A stretch of DNA of 47,960 bases from a virus. Taxonomy: Duplodnaviria; Caudoviricetes. The stretch spans positions 1-47,960 of IMG/VR virus record IMGVR_UViG_3300013767_000053; one strand, given 5' to 3'. Under the pieces are notes generated by a model. The model did not search any database. It was not told where the DNA came from and saw only the letters and a list, made by a program, of their open reading frames with translations. The position numbers and the translations under genes were made by a program. Position 1 is the first letter of the stretch, and each line of letters starts with the position of its first letter. Shown piece by piece: positions 43,178 through 47,960 of this stretch.

Positions 43178-45553
43178 TTGTCCGATGTCGAGCGCCTACG
43201 GCGCGACGTTTCCCTACCCGATACGGCGGCATCCTTCGGCGTGAAGCTCCAGAAGGACGGCCGCGAATTCATCGGCTGTTGCCCGTTCCATTCTGAGGAC
43301 ACGCCGTCGTTTACGATCTTCGTCGGCAACGATCACGTCGAACGCTTCCATTGCTTCGGCTGTGGCGAGCGCGGCGACGTGCTGGACTTCGTCCAGAAGA
43401 TCAAGGGCGTCGGCCTCCGCGAGGCGATCAATATCCTCGGCGGCGCGTCGGCCGGGCCGAACGTCGCGCCGCGCCGGATCGAGGCACGCGATATCTATGC
43501 GGGCATTGAGCCGGTCGAGCCGCCGTCCGATCCGATCGTCAAGGGCCGGCGCGTCAAGCTCTACAATCCCAAGCGCAAGGGCGATCCCTCGGAGTGGGGC
43601 GGCTTCGCGCCGTCGCTGGTGTTCCCCTATCATCACGCCGATGGCTCGCTGTTCGGGTATGTGCTGCGCCATGATCTCGGCGGCGGCGACAAAGAAACGC
43701 CGATGGTCATGTGGGTCCGCCTGCCTGATGGCCGCGAGTGCTGGTCCCGCTTCCCGTTCCCAAAGCCTCGGCCGCTCTACGGCCTAGACCGCCTTGGCGA
43801 TGCCCGGCAGGTGATCGTGGTCGAGGGCGAGAAATGCCGCGAAGCGCTGGCAGCGGAGACGGGGCGAACCGTCGTCTCCTGGGCGGGCGGAACGCAAGGC
43901 GTCAAGCATACCGATTGGACGCCACTCGCCGGCCGCAACGTCGTGATCTGGCCGGACGCTGACGGGCCGGGCCTTGGCACGGCGGACGAGATCGCCGCGC
44001 TCCTGATCGCCCTCGGCTGCACAGTGCGCGTCATGGATGTCATGCGCGACGATCCGCCGAAAGGCTGGGACGCCGCTGACGCGATCCGCGACGGCTGGGA
44101 CAAGGCCCGGCTTGACACGTTCATGCGCGAAACTGTCCGGCCATGGTCGCCGCCGAAACCGCCGACGCCTCCCGCGCCTGAGAAGCCCCCGGCTCCTGCC
44201 GGTCCCGTCACGCCTCCCGCGCCTGCAAAGCCCGTGGTCGAGGCGCGAACGGTGCAGCAAGAGCAGGAGCAGCCGGCGACGGTGACGGACATCAGGACGC
44301 GCCGCACGGTCGCCGCTGATGAAAACTGGATGCTCGGCCTTGTGTGCGGCGAGAAGGGGCCAAAGCCGGGCGCTACAAAGAATTGGGCTCTGTTCCTGGA
44401 GAACCATCCGGAGGTTTCAGGGGTGTTTGCATTCGATGCGTTTAAGCGCGTCGTCATGCTGATGCGGAAGCCGCCGTGGGATTGGCAAAAGAATTGGTGG
44501 GAGCCCCGGCCTTTGACCGATCGCGATCTTAGCGAAGCGGTCATGTGGCTGGAGGCGCGGCAGATGACGCCGAAAGCCTCGAACATTGCGGCCGTGATCC
44601 AGACTGTTGCGGAGCGCTCCAGCTTCGATCGGCTTACCGAATATCTGGAAGGGCTCAAGTGGGACCGCAAGCCTCGCGTCGAGAAGTGGCTGACGTACTA
44701 CATGGGCGTTGAAGATACGCCGTATGCGCGGACGGTCGGCACGCGCTGGCTGATCTCTGCCGTGGCGCGCGGCCTCCAGCCGGGATGCAAGGTCGATACC
44801 ATGCCGATCCTGGAGGGACCGCAGGGCGCGCGCAAATCGACGGCGCTGCGCTTTCTCTACGGCGACAGCTTCTTTACGGACGGCCTGTCGGACATCGGTT
44901 CGAAAGATGCCAAGATGGAAATGCAGGGCGTGTGGGGCCTTGAGGTCGCGGAGATGCACAAGTTCAACGCGGCCGAAGTCAACGAGGTCAAGAAGTTCCT
45001 GACGCAACAAACCGATCGCTATCGTCCGCCATATGGCCGGACTGTGATCGAGGCCCCGCGGCGCGTGGTGCTGAACGGAACGATCAACCCGGAGGGCAAC
45101 GCCTACCTTCGTGATCCCACGGGCGCGCGCCGGTTCTGGCCGCTCACCGTCGGCAGTCTCGACACGGACGCGATCGCGCTCGATCGCGATCAGTTGTGGG
45201 CTGAGGCTGTCACGCTGTATCGGGCCAACACGCCTTGGTGGGTGCAGGAGGAAGAACAGGCGGCGGTCGAGTTCGAGCAATCGAAGCGAACCGACGTCGA
45301 TGTGTGGACCGATCTCATTGCGCCGATGCTCAAGGGACAATCGACGATCCTGCAAATCGATATCTTCACAAGCCTCGGCATCCCCAAGAAGGATGCGGAC
45401 TGGCGGCACGCCGGCCGCGTCGGGCGGATCATGAAAAAACTCGGGTGGACGGTCGGCCGCGATCGGCGCAACAACGAGGATCGCGTGATGTTCTTCGCGC
45501 CTGAGCGGAACGGCGAAGCTCAGAACGATCCGGGCACGCTCGGCAACTGGTGA
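43178..45553 (+). CDS. Primase-helicase (CHC2 zinc finger, Toprim, VirE/VapE P-loop)
   Basis: CCPFHSEDTPS…HCFGC, VEGEK, WPDAD, Pro-rich linker, LEGPQGARKST, DPTGARRFWP. Confidence 0.92.
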   Translation: MSDVERLRRDVSLPDTAASFGVKLQKDGREFIGCCPFHSEDTPSFTIFVGNDHVERFHCFGCGERGDVLDFVQKIKGVGLREAINILGGASAGPNVAPRRIEARDIYAGIEPVEPPSDPIVKGRRVKLYNPKRKGDPSEWGGFAPSLVFPYHHADGSLFGYVLRHDLGGGDKETPMVMWVRLPDGRECWSRFPFPKPRPLYGLDRLGDARQVIVVEGEKCREALAAETGRTVVSWAGGTQGVKHTDWTPLAGRNVVIWPDADGPGLGTADEIAALLIALGCTVRVMDVMRDDPPKGWDAADAIRDGWDKARLDTFMRETVRPWSPPKPPTPPAPEKPPAPAGPVTPPAPAKPVVEARTVQQEQEQPATVTDIRTRRTVAADENWMLGLVCGEKGPKPGATKNWALFLENHPEVSGVFAFDAFKRVVMLMRKPPWDWQKNWWEPRPLTDRDLSEAVMWLEARQMTPKASNIAAVIQTVAERSSFDRLTEYLEGLKWDRKPRVEKWLTYYMGVEDTPYARTVGTRWLISAVARGLQPGCKVDTMPILEGPQGARKSTALRFLYGDSFFTDGLSDIGSKDAKMEMQGVWGLEVAEMHKFNAAEVNEVKKFLTQQTDRYRPPYGRTVIEAPRRVVLNGTINPEGNAYLRDPTGARRFWPLTVGSLDTDAIALDRDQLWAEAVTLYRANTPWWVQEEEQAAVEFEQSKRTDVDVWTDLIAPMLKGQSTILQIDIFTSLGIPKKDADWRHAGRVGRIMKKLGWTVGRDRRNNEDRVMFFAPERNGEAQNDPGTLGNW

Positions 45554-45559
45554 ATGGTA

Positions 45560-45712
45560 AAGGGCCGCTTATCGGCTCATTCCGATCCTGCGGCCCTTAT
45601 CCCACGGGTTGCCTCGATTACGCTGGGCATAATGTCCAACCCCTTCGCGGACCAGCGCCGTTCTCCACGGACGATCGAGGCCATGTATCACCATCCTTCC
45701 GAGTGCGGATGG
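45560..45712. ncRNA. Candidate structured RNA between the primase and acb2-like genes
   Basis: Several nested perfect helices in ~150 nt (see finding); no family recognised. Confidence 0.4.
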
Positions 45713-45736
45713 CAGGAGTACCGCGAGGGGTGTTCG

Positions 45737-45985
45737 TCAATTGTTGTCGGTGGGGAGCGCGATGCGCTGGGGCTGGAAGATGGCGCGGTTGATCGCCATG
45801 AACGCTTCCTCAATGTGCGTGCGGCCGATCGAGAGCCAGCGGCCATCAATGCCGGGCATGTCTTTGAGCTCGTCCAGGCGGCGCAACACCGTTTCCTCGA
45901 TCTGCTTGTTGATGTTGACGGCGGCAACCTTGTCGTTGCTCTGCGGCTGATAGCCCGCGACGGGCAGTCCTTTGTGGTCGGTCAT
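45737..45985 (-). CDS. Acb2-like cyclic-oligonucleotide sponge (anti-CBASS)
   Basis: GY.P.S…VN.NK..EE…RWLSIGRTHIEEAFMAINRAIFQP matches the Acb2 pattern; GAGGA RBS. Confidence 0.78.
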   Translation of the reverse strand: MTDHKGLPVAGYQPQSNDKVAAVNINKQIEETVLRRLDELKDMPGIDGRWLSIGRTHIEEAFMAINRAIFQPQRIALPTDNN

Positions 45986-46037
45986 GGCGATGTCCTCTTG
46001 CCGGTTCGTTCCGGACAACTATCGCCGCGCAATGGTT

Positions 46038-46054
46038 GTTGTGCTTTACACAAC
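46038..46054. promoter_or_regulatory. Operator GTTGTGCTTTACACAAC between the divergent acb2-like and lysin genes
   Basis: GTTGTG-N5-CACAAC perfect arms. Confidence 0.72.
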
Positions 46055-46067
46055 AGCGAGAATTCTC

Positions 46068-46685
46068 ATGGCTACCGAACCAGCATCTATCCGCTACAAG
46101 AACCCCGGCGCTATGTGGGGCAGCGCCCTCGCAATCAAATGGGGGGCTCAGAAAAATCCCGTCGTGCTCCACGATGGTAAGGGGCAGGGCAATAATATCG
46201 CCGTGTTCCCGACCTTCGTGCAGGGCATTTGCGCGCAACTGGATCTGTGGCGCACGTCGAAGAACTACCGCAACAAGCGCTTCGCTGATGCGATTGCGAT
46301 CTGGTCAGGCCATAACAATGTCCCGTCCTACATCGCTTTCTGCAAGGCGCGCGTTCCGGGCTTGACCGAAAACACCATCATGAACGATGCGTTCTGGAGG
46401 GGGCCGATGGGCATCGCCTTCCTAAAGGCGCAGGCGTGGCACGAGGCCGGGAAGCAGTACCCCGCCCCCGATGCGGATTGGATCGAGGCGCAGCGCCGAG
46501 TGTTCGCGGGCGCGGACAAGGCAACCGTGAGCAGGACTGTTGCTGGCGGCGCTGTCGGAGGCACGGTTGGCGTCGGCTTGCAGCAGGGCTGGAGCGCGAC
46601 GCAATGGGTGATCGCCGGCCTCATCGTCGCGGCTGTCGCCTTTGGCGTGGTCGCGTATCGGAAAGGCTGGCTCAAGAAGTCGTAA
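46068..46685 (+). CDS. Putative endolysin (lysozyme-like fold) with C-terminal TM anchor
   Basis: IRYKNPG…AVFPT..QG..A…Y…AI..W…N…Y…HEAG pattern; WVIAGLIVAAVAFGVVAY then basic tail. Confidence 0.7.
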   Translation: MATEPASIRYKNPGAMWGSALAIKWGAQKNPVVLHDGKGQGNNIAVFPTFVQGICAQLDLWRTSKNYRNKRFADAIAIWSGHNNVPSYIAFCKARVPGLTENTIMNDAFWRGPMGIAFLKAQAWHEAGKQYPAPDADWIEAQRRVFAGADKATVSRTVAGGAVGGTVGVGLQQGWSATQWVIAGLIVAAVAFGVVAYRKGWLKKS

Positions 46686-47772
46686 CGACGTCGAGCCATT
46701 TCCAGCCGGCGTACTTGTCCCCGCGCTGTCGCAGTTGAGTGTACCGCTTGAGGCTCGTCCAGGAGCGGTGCCCGGAGACTGCGGCGGCGTGGGGAATGTT
46801 GTATCCGGTCTCAAACAGCCACGATATGCCTTCGTGTCTCAGGTCATGGAAGTGCAGGCGCTCGGCGTCGGGCATGTCCTCGGTGTTGATCCCTAGAAAC
46901 TGACAAGCCCGCGTGAACGCCGCGCTGATGCCACCGGCAGAGTAGGGGAATATCAGCTTGCCCTCGCGCGGCATGGACTTGATGATCCGCATGGCCGGCT
47001 CGGGGAGATCGCACCATGTATCGTTGCCATCCTTTTGGCCTGGGTGCTTCATGTCGCGGACCAGGATGCGGCTATGCTCCTCCTCCAGGTCTTTGCGTGC
47101 TAGTAGGGTGATCTCCTCCTGCCGTCGCGTCGAGAAAATCGCGAAGGCGATTAAACGGCACATCGGCGCGGACTTTGGACGGCGTTTCTGACGCTCCTGA
47201 AAGTGTGTCATCAGCTTGTCCAACTCGTCCAGCGTGGGCCTCCTGTCGCGCTCCTTGCTCTTTGAGGTGATCCCCATTTTGCGGAGTACGGTATGGGCGT
47301 CTTTCATCGCGCCGCGATCGAGCGGGTATTTCCACATCGGCTGGGCGACGGCGAACACGGCCGCGAGATGAGAGAGGTAGTTGCCGCGGGTCTGCGGAGC
47401 GCTGGGGAGAGACTTCGCAAAATCGGCGATGGCCTCGCTGTCGATCTGCGAACACCGCTTGTTGGCGATGTCGTAGGTCTTGATCGTGCGGAGCACCTGG
47501 GCCTTGGTCTTGCCGATCTCCTTCTCGGATTCGTCAATGTATCGGTCGATCGCGACATGCAGCGGGGGGTCGTTCGCCGCGACCTTGGCGCGATCGAGCG
47601 CGCCGGGCTTGGCAAGCTCGTCCTCGCGCCGCGCGATCCAGGCGGCGGCGGCCGGCCGGCGATCGAACGTCTGGGTCTCGCGGTGGATTACCTTGCCCTC
47701 GCGTTTGAGGATGATTTTTGCCATATAGGCTTTGCCGCCGCTCTTTCGCGGGCGTTCGACGATGGTTCCCAT
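46672..47772 (-). CDS. int: Tyrosine integrase, dusA-associated type
   Basis: Catalytic R (STRRQEEI), K (DMKHP), HDLRH, SGHR, KRY; adjacent to attR. Confidence 0.95.
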   Translation of the reverse strand: MGTIVERPRKSGGKAYMAKIILKREGKVIHRETQTFDRRPAAAAWIARREDELAKPGALDRAKVAANDPPLHVAIDRYIDESEKEIGKTKAQVLRTIKTYDIANKRCSQIDSEAIADFAKSLPSAPQTRGNYLSHLAAVFAVAQPMWKYPLDRGAMKDAHTVLRKMGITSKSKERDRRPTLDELDKLMTHFQERQKRRPKSAPMCRLIAFAIFSTRRQEEITLLARKDLEEEHSRILVRDMKHPGQKDGNDTWCDLPEPAMRIIKSMPREGKLIFPYSAGGISAAFTRACQFLGINTEDMPDAERLHFHDLRHEGISWLFETGYNIPHAAAVSGHRSWTSLKRYTQLRQRGDKYAGWKWLDVVTTS

Positions 47773-47891
47773 GTCAGTATCACAAGGCTCCAGGCGGAAT
47801 TACATTGTGATACTAGCAGATAGAGAATGCCCAAGGATGTGGGCAAATTCACAACAATTCGCAACGCATTGAGCAACGGTCGCAACGGTTT

Positions 47892-47960
47892 ATGTTAGAA
47901 AAATCAACGAAAGCAGCTAGTTATAGGGCATGGCGGTTTTCGGTAGCCCCGATGATGGAC
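47892..47960 (+). CDS. dusA: Phage-supplied 5' end of dusA (tRNA-dihydrouridine synthase A), continuing beyond the window
   Basis: ATG at 47892 gives MLEKSTKAASYRAWRFSVAPMMD in frame to the window edge; RFSVAPMMD is the DusA N-terminal motif. Confidence 0.85.
   Translation, partial: MLEKSTKAASYRAWRFSVAPMMD
47949..47960 (+). repeat. attR core (CCGATGATGGAC)
   Basis: Exact repeat of 1-12. Confidence 0.92.

Larger units (their letters stand above)
1..47960. mobile_element. Complete dusA-integrated prophage (BPP-1/epsilon15-like temperate podovirus)
   Basis: Identical 12-bp terminal repeats, tyrosine integrase at the right end, and full packaging, head, short-tail, lysis, immunity and replication modules; no tape measure or sheath gene. 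Confidence 0.93.

Noticed and set aside
44145-44240. Pro-rich quasi-repeat in the primase gene
   Set aside because: Ordinary flexible linker between the Toprim and VirE domains.
45550-46180. Plus-strand ORFs 45550-45792 and 45554-46180
   Set aside because: They overlap the convincing acb2-like gene and structured element on the other strand and have no motifs.
1-47960. Apparent abundance of CGATCG/GATC words
   Set aside because: Plausibly due to ATC/GAT codon usage in a high-GC genome; cannot be called enriched without a Markov-model count.
1-47960. tRNA or rRNA genes
   Set aside because: No cloverleaf with T-loop GTTCRA plus acceptor stem, and no rRNA-like segment, found in the intergenic gaps.

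Overview
The whole window is one apparently intact ~48 kb temperate prophage of a high-GC bacterium, most likely an alphaproteobacterium of the Rhizobiales type (inferred from gene style). It is bounded by a 12-bp direct repeat CCGATGATGGAC (1-12 and 47949-47960) that lies in the conserved 5' end of dusA (…RFSVAPMMD…). A tyrosine integrase sits at the right end, and the phage supplies a new start and N-terminus for the interrupted dusA. Left to right it has: a leftward early/accessory operon (PrtN-like, LuxR-HTH, HNH, beta sliding clamp, repeat protein, ExoX-like, Dcm-like MTase); an AT-rich palindromic region; and a BPP-1/epsilon15-type podovirus morphogenesis module (TerS, TerL, portal, scaffold, capsid, tail tubular proteins, ejection proteins including a 2549-aa polyvalent protein, tailspike). 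These are followed by an antisense SAM-methyltransferase moron, holin-like genes, recET, cI/cro, a replication operon (Mom-like GNAT, SF2 helicase, SSB, VRR-NUC, primase-VirE), an Acb2-like anti-CBASS gene with a structured intergenic element, an orphan endolysin and the integrase. Hand reading also found 11 copies of a 17-bp palindromic operator, two small membrane ORFs missed by the ORF track, a 26-bp repeat flanking one early gene, and a peptide motif shared between scaffold and a capsid accessory protein. Family assignments come from recognised motifs only; no searches were run.
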